Shown here: positions 8,182-16,293 of the stretch, piece by piece
Numbering within the stretch: the stretch's first letter is position 1
Layout: each line of letters starts with the position of its first letter
Origin: Candidatus Aenigmatarchaeota archaeon
Lineage (GTDB): Archaea; Aenigmatarchaeota; Aenigmatarchaeia; PWEA01; JACQIF01
Direction: 5' to 3'
Length of the DNA: 64,000 nucleotides
Assembly (NCBI GenBank): GCA_016432325.1
Contig: CP066684.1
Span: 714,112 to 778,111, forward strand
Made by a program: the position numbers and the translations under genes
The notes under the pieces: generated by a model
What the model was told of the DNA's origin: nothing
Seen by the model: the letters and a program-made list of their open reading frames with translations, nothing else
Database searches by the model: none

Positions 8182-10008
8182 GTGAATTTCGTGAAAATAC
8201 TGACGCTGCACTCGAACTCGCTGACCGTGACGCCTACAAAGAAGGCGATCAAGGACGCCGACGAGGAGCACGAGGCGCTCACGGCGAAAGAAGCTCTGGT
8301 CGTCTTCACGAGCGTCGAGAAGGAGGACGAGAAGAACAATGACGTCGTGGAGCGAACCGTAGAAGAGATACTCAAGGTCAACGAGCAGGTGCATGCGAAA
8401 GAAATCGTAATCTATCCGTACGTGCACCTGACGAACGCGCCGTCGTCGCCCGGTTTCGCCAAGGAGACTTTGAACAGACTAACCGCGGCTCTGGGAAAGC
8501 ACGCAATCGTGAAGAAAGCGTCTTTCGGCTGGTACAAGGCGTTCACCATAGACGTGAAAGGCCACCCGCTGGCCGAACTGTCGCGCGAGATAAAAGGCGA
8601 AGCGGAAAAGAAGCGCGCGCCGATAAAGAAGGAATATTTCATCATGACAGAGGACGGCAAGACGCACGACCCCGGAACGTACAAGTACAAGCAAGGCGAG
8701 GAGAACTTCAAGATTCTGGTGGATAAGGAAGCTCTGGGAAAAGAAGCGCCAGGAGGGAAAGAACCTGAATACATCAAGCATGTCAAACGTTTTGGAATAG
8801 ACTGGGAGAGCATGTCAGACAGCGGCCACATGAGATACGGACCGCTGGGCGCGATGATACTTGAGCTCGCTTCGGACTACGCGAACGCCGTTGTGCGCTC
8901 CGTGGGGATTCCCGTGTACAACGTGCGCGGAACGAACATGTTCTCCCTGAACGAGCGCGCGATAGCAGAGCACGCGAAGCTCTTCGGAGATCGTCTGTAC
9001 GAGCTGGAGATGGAGAAAAAGAGGTTCGTCCTCAGATACGCCGCGTGCTTCCAGCAGTTCGCGATAATGAAGGACTGGATTATATCGTACAAGAACATCC
9101 CTCTCGGTGCGTTCGAGGTCGCCGATTCATATCGTTTCGAACAGTCAGGCGAGACGCTGCTGTGCTTCCGCCTTCGAAAATTCCAGATGCCGGACATGCA
9201 CGTGCTTACGTCAGACATGGAAGAGGCCAAGAAATGGACGCTCAGGATTCACGACAAGATATACGGGGAGATCGGCAAGCTTGGTCGCGACTACTACTCG
9301 CTCTACAACCTCACATCGAAGGAATACTTCGAAAAGAACAAGGAGTTTTTCAAGGAGATGGTTCGCCGCGAGAAGAAGCCCGTGCTTCTGTGCTTCTATC
9401 CGCAGGGCGTCAACTATTACTGGATGTTGAATGTGGAGTATCACATCGTCGATTCGATGCAGAGGCCGCGCGAAATCGGGACGGTGCAGATAGACGTCGG
9501 CAACGCCGAGCGCTTCGGCATCACATACACAGACGCGTCGGGCGCCGCGAAACATCCGATAATCCTGCACACGGCGATAATAGGCGGCCTTGAGAGATAC
9601 ATCTACACGATATTCGACACGGCGCTCCGCGAGAAGCATCCGACGTTGCCTCTGTGGCTGAGCCCGACGCAGGTTCGCCTGTGTCCGGTGAACGACACGT
9701 ACGCGAAGAAGTGCGAGGCTCTGGCGGAGGAACTGGAGAAGAAAGGCGTGCGCGCGGACGTGGACGACCGCACGGAGTCCGTGCAGAAGAAGGTCCGCGA
9801 CGCGGAGACGGATTGGATACCGCTCATCGTTGTCTACGGAGAGAAGGAAGACGCGGCGAAGAAGCTTGCCGTGCGCTTCAGGAAGTCTGGAGACGTCGAG
9901 AATATGTCTCTCGTCGAGCTGGCTTCGAGAATCAGGAAGGAGACATCCGAATATCCGTTCAGGCCGTTGACGATGCCGAAATTGGTTTCAAAGAGGCCGA
10001 AGTTCTAG
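8182..10008 (+). CDS. thrS: threonyl-tRNA synthetase, archaeal type with N-terminal editing domain
   Basis: 608 aa with a class II core (FRFEQSGE, HTAIIGGLERY) and a C-terminal anticodon-binding domain. The N-terminal ~140 aa resemble the archaea-specific editing domain. The start is GTG at 8182, or alternatively GTG at 8191. Confidence 0.93.
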   Translation: MNFVKILTLHSNSLTVTPTKKAIKDADEEHEALTAKEALVVFTSVEKEDEKNNDVVERTVEEILKVNEQVHAKEIVIYPYVHLTNAPSSPGFAKETLNRLTAALGKHAIVKKASFGWYKAFTIDVKGHPLAELSREIKGEAEKKRAPIKKEYFIMTEDGKTHDPGTYKYKQGEENFKILVDKEALGKEAPGGKEPEYIKHVKRFGIDWESMSDSGHMRYGPLGAMILELASDYANAVVRSVGIPVYNVRGTNMFSLNERAIAEHAKLFGDRLYELEMEKKRFVLRYAACFQQFAIMKDWIISYKNIPLGAFEVADSYRFEQSGETLLCFRLRKFQMPDMHVLTSDMEEAKKWTLRIHDKIYGEIGKLGRDYYSLYNLTSKEYFEKNKEFFKEMVRREKKPVLLCFYPQGVNYYWMLNVEYHIVDSMQRPREIGTVQIDVGNAERFGITYTDASGAAKHPIILHTAIIGGLERYIYTIFDTALREKHPTLPLWLSPTQVRLCPVNDTYAKKCEALAEELEKKGVRADVDDRTESVQKKVRDAETDWIPLIVVYGEKEDAAKKLAVRFRKSGDVENMSLVELASRIRKETSEYPFRPLTMPKLVSKRPKF

Positions 10009-10619
10009 TTCTTGCGAAGCTCGCGCAGTTTTAAAACCACATAACAGATTGCCGCGAGAACGAGCGCTATCAGAACAACATTCTCATACGGCGCCAGCAT
10101 CGTTCCTACGTCGTGCCAGCGTTCGCCGAGCTTGACTCCGACCCACAACAGGAGACCGTTCCAGATCGCCGCGCCTGCAGCTGTCGCAACAACGAACGGC
10201 ACGAAAGGCATGCGCGCAGTTCCTGCCGGTATAGAAATCACGTGGCGCACCGCGGGTATGAAGCGCGCGGCGAATATCGCAACAAAGCCGCGCCTTTTCG
10301 CGAAACGTTCTGTCCATTCCAGCTCGCGCCGCGAAATCAAAAACCACCTGCCGTACTTTAAAAGGAATGGCCTGCCTGCGCGGACTCCAACATAATAGCT
10401 CAACGCGCTGCCGACTATACTGCCCAGAGTCGCGACTGCCAAGGCTGTCATAAAGTCGAACGTTCCCGAGAATACCACGAAGCCCGCGAAAGGCATAACG
10501 GCTTCGCTGGGGACAGGGACGGCCGTGCTCTCCAGAACCATCATTAAGAAGAGCCCCTGATAGCCCATCGTCGAGAGTATCGAAACAACTGTCGCGGACA
10601 GAACGCTTAGGATGCCCAT
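10005..10619 (-). CDS. DedA/SNARE-associated family membrane protein
   Basis: Trimmed to MGILSVLSATVV... (ATG at 10619). GYQGLFLMMVLESTAVPVPSEAVMPFAGF is the DedA signature. The longer track ORF (to 10799) would overlap asnS. Confidence 0.8.
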   Translation of the reverse strand: MGILSVLSATVVSILSTMGYQGLFLMMVLESTAVPVPSEAVMPFAGFVVFSGTFDFMTALAVATLGSIVGSALSYYVGVRAGRPFLLKYGRWFLISRRELEWTERFAKRRGFVAIFAARFIPAVRHVISIPAGTARMPFVPFVVATAAGAAIWNGLLLWVGVKLGERWHDVGTMLAPYENVVLIALVLAAICYVVLKLRELRKN

Positions 10620-10670
10620 GGCCTCCGTGCGGCAAAAGCGTATATATCCTATTCGGTTCCTACCCGTCTC

Positions 10671-11963
10671 ATGGACTTCATGTCTGTGAGAGAGGCCATG
10701 GAACAGGAAGGCGGAACGGCCGCGCTGCGCGGCTGGTGCTCTACCGTGCGCACGCAGAAGACCACGGTTTTCATAATCCTGCGCGACGGAACCGGCCACA
10801 TACAGGTCACGTTCAAAGAAAGCGACACGGACGCCAAGACGTTCAAGGCCGCGTCAGAACTTACGACCGAATCATCCGTAACGCTTACAGGCACGGTCGC
10901 AAAGGACGCACGCGCGCCCGGCGGCTTCGAGGTCAAGGGGCGCACGCTTGACGTTGTGCAACTGGCCGAACCATATCCCATCGCCCGCGACAAGTCCCCG
11001 GAGTTCCTCATGGATCAGCGGCATTTGTGGATTCGTTCGCCGCAGATGACTGCGATACTGCGCGTGCGCTCGACGGTCTTCGGAGCCATACACGAATACT
11101 TCCGCTCGCAGAATTATTTTGAATTCCAGTCTCCTACGTTAACGAAGGCCGCTTGCGAGGGAGGTCCGACACTCTTCAAGGTCGACTACTTCGGAGACGA
11201 AGTTTTCTTAACGCAGTCGTGGCAGCTCTATGCGGAAGCAGGGATTCACGCTCTTGAGAAGATTTACTGCATTGCTCCTTCGTTCCGCGCGGAGAAGTCG
11301 CGCACGACGCGCCATCTCACAGAGTACTGGCACGCGGAGTGCGAGGCAGCGTGGATGGACTTGGACGGACTGGCGCGCGTGGCGGAAGGATTGATTTCGC
11401 ACATCTGCGCACGCGTCGCGGAGAAGAACCCTGAAGACTTGCGCACTCTCGGACGCGACCCCAACGATTTGCTCAAGATAACGCCTCCGTTCCCACGCAT
11501 CACGTACACCGAAGCGCTTGACATGCTGGCGAAGAAAGACGGCATCAAAATCAAGTGGGGCAAAGACCTCCGTACGGAAGAAGAGCGCGCGATTGCGCAG
11601 CATTTCGAACGTCCTGTCATAGTGACGCGCTATCCCAAGGAGATAATGGCCTTCTACAAGCCCGCGGATCCAAAGGATCCCAAGGTCGCTCTATGTTTCG
11701 ACGTGCTCTGCCCTGAGCTCGGAACAGAAATAATCGGCGGCTCGCAGAGGGACGCGGACGTGAAGGCCATGATAAAGGCGTTGAAGAAAGAAGGCGCTGA
11801 CCCGAAGTTCTATGACTGGTATTTTGCGACGCGACGTTACGGCGGCGTGCCTCACTCGGGCTTCGGCATGGGAGTGGAGCGCGTCATCCAGTGGATATGC
11901 AAGCTGGAGCACATCCGCGACACGATACCGTTCCCGAGAATGATGAATCGGTATTATCCTTGA
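10671..11963 (+). CDS. asnS: asparaginyl-tRNA synthetase (archaeal type, with OB-fold anticodon-binding domain)
   Basis: PSFRAEKSRTTRHLTEYWHAECEAAWMDL, EIIGGSQRD and RRYGGVPHSGFGMGVERV...IPFPR match archaeal AsnRS rather than AspRS (which has GAQR / PPHGGFGLG). The N-terminal LRGWCSTVRTQKTTVFIILRDGTGHIQV is the OB fold. Confidence 0.88.
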   Translation: MDFMSVREAMEQEGGTAALRGWCSTVRTQKTTVFIILRDGTGHIQVTFKESDTDAKTFKAASELTTESSVTLTGTVAKDARAPGGFEVKGRTLDVVQLAEPYPIARDKSPEFLMDQRHLWIRSPQMTAILRVRSTVFGAIHEYFRSQNYFEFQSPTLTKAACEGGPTLFKVDYFGDEVFLTQSWQLYAEAGIHALEKIYCIAPSFRAEKSRTTRHLTEYWHAECEAAWMDLDGLARVAEGLISHICARVAEKNPEDLRTLGRDPNDLLKITPPFPRITYTEALDMLAKKDGIKIKWGKDLRTEEERAIAQHFERPVIVTRYPKEIMAFYKPADPKDPKVALCFDVLCPELGTEIIGGSQRDADVKAMIKALKKEGADPKFYDWYFATRRYGGVPHSGFGMGVERVIQWICKLEHIRDTIPFPRMMNRYYP

Positions 11964-12579
11964 GGCTCATGACAATCCCTTCGACTTCTTTCATTACGTC
12001 TTCCGTCTTCGCGCGCTGTTGTAGCTCGTAAATCCCATTCAACACGCCTTCCACGACGAGTTGTTCTAGTGTAGCGCCTCCTCGACGCATCCTCTTTGCG
12101 TGTTCCGCATAGCCCATTGCGAAACTGACGTCCAACAGTATGTCATAAAGGCTGTTTTTACCATCATTGAAACCGTTTACGTGCCGCGTCCATTTTATCC
12201 GTGCACAACACCGCAACCAACAAGACATTCTTTCGTTGTATGTTATGCATGCGCCTGTCGCCGCCTTTGCCACACGCGATATCTTATCCGGAACTGTTTT
12301 ATCGCCCAATACAATATGATTTTCTGATAGGATATTTTCAATCGCATAGTCCCTCAACATCACGGCCTTCTGAAAGTTGTGCGGTGTCAGGAACATCACG
12401 TCCACCCATTTCCCCGTCTGAGCCTCGATTTTCCTTAGCACGTGGTGTGCTCCCTCCAGGGAGCCTACGTACACCACGTCAACATCTCCGGCATCCGCGC
12501 CCTTCCGCAGGTACGAGCCGTATATTATCACAAACTCGCCTTGCGGCACTTCCAAATCCAGTTCCCGAATCGCTAACAT
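11884..12579 (-). CDS. Pol-beta-superfamily nucleotidyltransferase with a helical C-terminal domain carrying an Rx4-6H (HEPN-like) motif
   Basis: IIYGSYLRKGADAGDVDVVYV is the minimal NTase GS-x(n)-DxD motif. CCARIKWTRHVNG contains R-x5-H. SD AGAGG lies 8 nt upstream of the ATG. It is the last gene of the micro-ORF operon. Its 3' end overlaps the convergent asnS by 80 nt. Confidence 0.55.
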   Translation of the reverse strand: MLAIRELDLEVPQGEFVIIYGSYLRKGADAGDVDVVYVGSLEGAHHVLRKIEAQTGKWVDVMFLTPHNFQKAVMLRDYAIENILSENHIVLGDKTVPDKISRVAKAATGACITYNERMSCWLRCCARIKWTRHVNGFNDGKNSLYDILLDVSFAMGYAEHAKRMRRGGATLEQLVVEGVLNGIYELQQRAKTEDVMKEVEGIVMSLKDNTDSSFSGTVSCRGCAPACISTG

Positions 12580-12629
12580 TCTCTCGCCTCTTATTGGTGC
12601 GCAGGGTCTGCAGCCCCGGCGCGTTCGTT

Positions 12630-12809
12630 TTATCCTAGCCTGAATCCGTCCCTGTACGGGACGAGTTTCCCCGAGGGACTTACGTGCGAAATGTCCACGT
12701 GCGGATACGGGTGGCCTCTCGACGAATGGATGTCGCTTATGACGGCCACGCTGCCGAACTCATTTAGGTATCCAAGTCGCATTTCCCTCATCGATGTCGG
12801 TACACTCAT
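12630..12809 (-). CDS. micro-ORF 4 (59 aa): MSVPTSMREMRLGYLNEFGSVAVISDIHSSRGHPYPHVDISHVSPSGKLVPYRDGFRLG
   Basis: Below the 60-aa cut-off of the ORF track. SD AGAGGTGA lies 4 nt upstream of the ATG at 12809. It is packed 31 nt after micro-ORF 3. Confidence 0.5.
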   Translation of the reverse strand: MSVPTSMREMRLGYLNEFGSVAVISDIHSSRGHPYPHVDISHVSPSGKLVPYRDGFRLG

Positions 12810-12840
12810 GTCTTCACCTCTTTGTTTTTTGTTCGTCGTT

Positions 12841-12984
12841 TCATCTCAGTCCACGCAACGCGTAGCTCTGTTCCAACGCGCTCATGTACAGCCCGGGTGG
12901 CTGCATCAGGTCGCTGGGCAGCGTGCCGCCGTACGGTATCGCGCTGTAGTGGCCCGGTCCGATCACTGGTCCTTGTCCGCTCAT
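12841..12984 (-). CDS. micro-ORF 3 (47 aa, Gly/Pro-rich): MSGQGPVIGPGHYSAIPYGGTLPSDLMQPPGLYMSALEQSYALRGLR
   Basis: Perfect SD GGAGGTG lies 7 nt upstream of the ATG at 12984. Not in the ORF track because it is under 60 aa. Confidence 0.5.
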   Translation of the reverse strand: MSGQGPVIGPGHYSAIPYGGTLPSDLMQPPGLYMSALEQSYALRGLR

Positions 12985-13021
12985 CGTTTTCACCTCCGTT
13001 GAACTTTTGTCGCGATGACAC

Positions 13022-13132
13022 TCATCGTCCCTTGTACTGTTTCATGCCGGCCTGACAGTTGGGACAGCACGGGTCAAACCCCGGCGGTCCGGGACAGTAC
13101 TCGGCCGACAATCTACTTGCGTACGTTTCCAT
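13022..13132 (-). CDS. micro-ORF 2 (36 aa, Cys-rich): METYASRLSAEYCPGPPGFDPCCPNCQAGMKQYKGR
   Basis: This is the tail of track ORF 13022..13252. The ATG at 13132 lies 5 nt after the stop of micro-ORF 1, with GGAGGG 12 nt upstream. Cysteine pattern C-x9-CC-x2-C. Confidence 0.4.
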   Translation of the reverse strand: METYASRLSAEYCPGPPGFDPCCPNCQAGMKQYKGR

Positions 13133-13137
13133 CACTC

Positions 13138-13326
13138 CTACCGCCCTCCGACGAGTTTCGCGTGCCCTTCGTACGCCGGGTTTCCGGCCAGCACGTCTCC
13201 CATTCTCTGTATGTACGCCCTGTCCGTCGACCAGTCCCAGCTCTGCGCCCACTTCTTTCTCTTCGCCGGCGCGCCTGGAATGAAGTACGACGGGCTTTCT
13301 TCATCCGTTCCCAATTCGTTCACCAT
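13138..13326 (-). CDS. micro-ORF 1 (62 aa): MVNELGTDEESPSYFIPGAPAKRKKWAQSWDWSTDRAYIQRMGDVLAGNPAYEGHAKLVGGR
   Basis: This is the tail of track ORF 13138..13395. SD AGGAGGTG lies 7 nt upstream of the ATG at 13326. It is the first gene of the operon. Confidence 0.5.
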   Translation of the reverse strand: MVNELGTDEESPSYFIPGAPAKRKKWAQSWDWSTDRAYIQRMGDVLAGNPAYEGHAKLVGGR

Positions 13327-13502
13327 TTCCAAACACCTCCTTTGTTTTTTTGTCGCGTTCTTTGGTCCTGCGTTGTCCGCAGGGTTGGAACCCAATTGAT
13401 TAGCGCCACCATAAAAAACAGTCGTGTTACAGCTAACTGAAAGGATAAATAGTTGTACGGTTAACTAATTATAACGAAAAACGTTAACCCAAACGGGAGC
13501 GC

Positions 13503-13510
13503 TATATAAG
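13503..13510 (+). promoter_or_regulatory. TATA box (TATATAAG) for the leaderless 13533 gene
   Basis: Centred 26.5 nt upstream of the ATG at 13533, in an AT-rich divergent intergenic region (13396..13532). That region also carries a TATA-like ctatttatcc (minus orientation, around 13445) for the micro-ORF operon. Confidence 0.55.
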
Positions 13511-13532
13511 GTTAATCTGTGGTGTATGAAGA

Positions 13533-14315
13533 ATGGACAAGGAGATAACACAGATTGTGTTTTTGGGTAATCCATACCATATGGAGAGGATAAGATACCT
13601 TCTAAGAAAACGCATTCCGCAAAAGGTCTACTTCATAGAGGCCGAGGAGAACAATCACAGGGAGGAAGCCAAGGAGATGGCAGAAAAGATGCGCTCCGAG
13701 CTTGAGGGGAATCTGCCGCGATGGGTGGTGGAAAAATCGGAGTTCACCGCTGTACCATTTTTTGACTTCACATCCGCTTTCATGAAACTAATCTCTATCA
13801 TGCACAACGAGATTAGGCAAGACAGAGACGTTCTTGTCAACGCCCACGGCGGCAGCGTGATAGTCACTACAGCAGCCCTCTTGGCAGCTAACGCTACCGG
13901 AGCAAAGGTATGCTGGGTTGAGCCCGAGAGCTGGGGGTTTGTAGAAATGGGAGGCCACGTTTCACATATGGCCAAAGGAGCCAAGGGCATCAAGGAGGTG
14001 GCGATTCCAATAAGCCTTGGAGTACCTGAGGGAGTGGACGCCAGCGTCCTCGGACATATCTACAGCAGAGGAGGAACCGTTAAGGGCAGACTGTCCGCCA
14101 TAACGGAGGACGTGGGCCTAGACAAGCTCGGCGCGAACGTGAAGAAGTCCAGCTCGGGCGTCGTGAAGCTCTCGAAGACCCTCGGCCGCCTCCGTGCGAA
14201 AGGCCTCATAGAGACGCGCAAGCTTGGCAGGAAATCCTTCGAAATCAAGCTCACCAAAGACAAGGGAGAGGTCGTGGGGAAGGTAGTGAGTCTGGTGTTA
14301 GAGAAAAGCATTTGA
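13533..14315 (+). CDS. Csa3/HFX_2341-like regulator: Rossmann-like (CARF-like) N-domain plus C-terminal winged helix
   Basis: The architecture parallels Csa3. The N-terminal strand is QIVFLGNPYH, followed by FDFTSAFMKLISIM, then VLVNAHGGSVIVTTAALLAA, then a wHTH (VLGHIYSRGGTVKGRLSAI...VVKLSKTLGRLRAKGLIETRKLGRKSFEIKLT). This is pattern resemblance only. Confidence 0.5.
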   Translation: MDKEITQIVFLGNPYHMERIRYLLRKRIPQKVYFIEAEENNHREEAKEMAEKMRSELEGNLPRWVVEKSEFTAVPFFDFTSAFMKLISIMHNEIRQDRDVLVNAHGGSVIVTTAALLAANATGAKVCWVEPESWGFVEMGGHVSHMAKGAKGIKEVAIPISLGVPEGVDASVLGHIYSRGGTVKGRLSAITEDVGLDKLGANVKKSSSGVVKLSKTLGRLRAKGLIETRKLGRKSFEIKLTKDKGEVVGKVVSLVLEKSI

Positions 14316-14319
14316 AGCT

Positions 14320-15732
14320 ATGCGCCTCAACGTTACCGTGTCTTATCAGGAACATTTAAAGAAGCTAAGGGAGCATCTGAGCAAAGAGAATATCCCCTTC
14401 GCCGACCAATTAGACGCCGTCTATGCCGAGATGGCAGAAATCGATAAAAAACTGCAGATGTCTTACCCGCGGCCCGACGCCCTCATCCTTTGCGGAGGCA
14501 ACGGAACCAGATTTGCGGAAGGCAAGAAACCAAAGGTCCTCGCCGAGGTCAATGGAAGAATCCCATTGGAGTATACAATCGACACGCTCGCAAAACTCAA
14601 CTTCGACAAAGCCTTCATATCCGTTGGAGGCCCTCACGGAGACTCCATTAATGCCCACCTGAAAGAGATGGAGGCAAAACCAATCGGGCTGCTTGGACTA
14701 ACGTCGAGGCCAACAATCATCGAATCCGTAGATTACGGCAGACTCATGTCACACCTACACCACATATCGAAGGCCAACGGGAAGCTGATTGAAAACGGGT
14801 GCGAGCCGCTCAATCCAAACCTATTTGACAACGAACTAGACACGATTGTCGGGGTTGCGGCAGTTGCGTACACCGCCGCGACTCAACCGCCCCTTACAGT
14901 CGTGCTCGGCGATTCTATCTACCAAGAAGATGCCATATCATGGGCGTCAGGGTACTATACAATCGAGGCAAACATGGGCTTGACGGAGATGATGCCTGGC
15001 ACACGGGGAATATCGCCACGATTTCCATACATAAAGCCGCTCGTCCATGTTATGGAGAATTCAACAGAGGCGTATAAGGCGCCAGTCCCCAAGATTCATA
15101 AATTATTCTCCGTTCGCAAAGGCCCCCTTTCCTTTGATATCGGGCGTGCCGTTGGGTTCACCGAACACAGGACAAAACGAGTTGCCATATCGGTTGTAAG
15201 CCCATTGCCCTTCGACTACAGGATTATCTTCAGAGATAACGACGATCCAGCTGGACGCTCTCTCCCCCTCACCGAGGACGGGTCCCGAATAGACATGGAG
15301 AAGATCGCGTTACCGGGGATTTCTTACGGAGGATTCCTTTCGCACCTGAAAGAGGTCCAGTCCATATTCCCGCCGCTGGAAACAGGAAGTCGCCAGAAGC
15401 CTGCGCGCCTGCCACCATCGGACGCTACGCTCGAGCTTGCCGAGGCTACCTCGTCGCTGCTTGTGATGAGAACAAACTTCAAGTACTTCGACATCGACGA
15501 CGAGGAGACGCTTGCCGCGGCCAACGACGTTGACATAAAGGAATTTATCGCCAACGATCCACTAAGCATCCTGGAGAAGTCGACGCCCGGATACAGAAAA
15601 CAGTTTCTGGAAAAGCTTAACGAGGCCAGACACCGCCACCAACATACGTTCCGTGCTACAACTGGGGGACTCGGGAACTTTAAAGACCTCTATCAGTATG
15701 CGCTACGTGCATTTCGTAGACACACCGGATAG
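14320..15732 (+). CDS. protein with an N-terminal sugar-phosphate nucleotidyltransferase (NTP_transferase) motif and a large uncharacterised C-terminal region
   Basis: ALILCGGNGTRFAEGKKPKVLAEVNG is the GxGxR...K signature of GlmU/RmlA-type NTP transferases. It begins 4 nt after the preceding gene. Confidence 0.5.
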   Translation: MRLNVTVSYQEHLKKLREHLSKENIPFADQLDAVYAEMAEIDKKLQMSYPRPDALILCGGNGTRFAEGKKPKVLAEVNGRIPLEYTIDTLAKLNFDKAFISVGGPHGDSINAHLKEMEAKPIGLLGLTSRPTIIESVDYGRLMSHLHHISKANGKLIENGCEPLNPNLFDNELDTIVGVAAVAYTAATQPPLTVVLGDSIYQEDAISWASGYYTIEANMGLTEMMPGTRGISPRFPYIKPLVHVMENSTEAYKAPVPKIHKLFSVRKGPLSFDIGRAVGFTEHRTKRVAISVVSPLPFDYRIIFRDNDDPAGRSLPLTEDGSRIDMEKIALPGISYGGFLSHLKEVQSIFPPLETGSRQKPARLPPSDATLELAEATSSLLVMRTNFKYFDIDDEETLAAANDVDIKEFIANDPLSILEKSTPGYRKQFLEKLNEARHRHQHTFRATTGGLGNFKDLYQYALRAFRRHTG

Positions 15733-15915
15733 AATAAGTCGCAAGCAAAACGGCCCGTCTAACCCTTAAATACCTTCTCCTTCCAATACTCGTCATGCGC
15801 GCAACACACGTACGAGAAAGTTCTGCATCCAGCCGCGCGAATAATACAGCCGTCTAGGGCCCATTTCTTCCCCAGACCACAGGCTTTACGTCAGTGTCAA
15901 CTCTATTAACCCAAT

Positions 15916-16024
15916 GCTCCGGTAGTTCAATTGGCAGAATGCTACGCTGTTAAACACTCCGCTCAAAGGGGCGGGTGCAAGCGGAGACGTAGAGACGGAG
16001 GTTCGAGTCCTCCCTGGAGCGCCA
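15916..16024 (+). tRNA. tRNA-Asn(GTT), canonical 37/38 intron (34 nt), CCA encoded
   Basis: Acceptor GCTCCGG/CTGGAGC plus G plus CCA. D arm GTTC-AATTGGCA-GAAT. Anticodon arm CTACG-CTGTTA[15953..15986]A-CGTAG. T arm GGAGG-TTCGAGT-CCTCC. The intron has a CTCCGC/GCGGAG helix. Mature length is 72 nt. A weak TATA (ctttacgt, 15884..15891) is centred 28.5 nt upstream. Confidence 0.9.
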
Positions 16025-16035
16025 TTGTGATAACC

Positions 16036-16293
16036 ATGGACATCGAAGAAGCGAAGAAGACCGCGAGGATAGCGAGGCTCGCGCTGAGCGAAGCCGAGCT
16101 CAGGAAGCTCGCCAAAGACGCGGATGAGATACTTGAGTGGGCCGAGCAGCTTGAGAGCGTGAAGAGCGAAACGGAAAAACGCGAGAGCGGCGCATTACGA
16201 GACGATCTGCCACAACACTTCGAGCCGCAAACGATAACTAAAAACTTCCCGCAGAAGAGCGGGTCGCATCTGAAGGTGCCGCGCTCGTTATGA
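16036..16293 (+). CDS. gatC: Asp/Glu-tRNA amidotransferase subunit C
   Basis: 85 aa, MDIEEAKKTARIARLALSEAELRKLAKDADEILEWAEQL. The ATG lies 11 nt after the tRNA-Asn CCA, and the stop overlaps the gatA start (ATGATG). Confidence 0.85.
   Translation: MDIEEAKKTARIARLALSEAELRKLAKDADEILEWAEQLESVKSETEKRESGALRDDLPQHFEPQTITKNFPQKSGSHLKVPRSL

Noticed and set aside
11964-15915. The idea that the micro-ORF / Csa3-like block is an element integrated into tRNA-Asn.
   Set aside because: By eye I could not find a direct repeat of either end of tRNA-Asn near 11964..12650. The GC content of the block also looks like that of the surrounding core genes. A computational att-site search would still be needed.
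15931-16035. N-terminal extension of the gatC ORF (track ORF 15931..16293).
   Set aside because: The extension is the tRNA-Asn gene read as protein. GatC homology starts at MDIEEAKK (16036).
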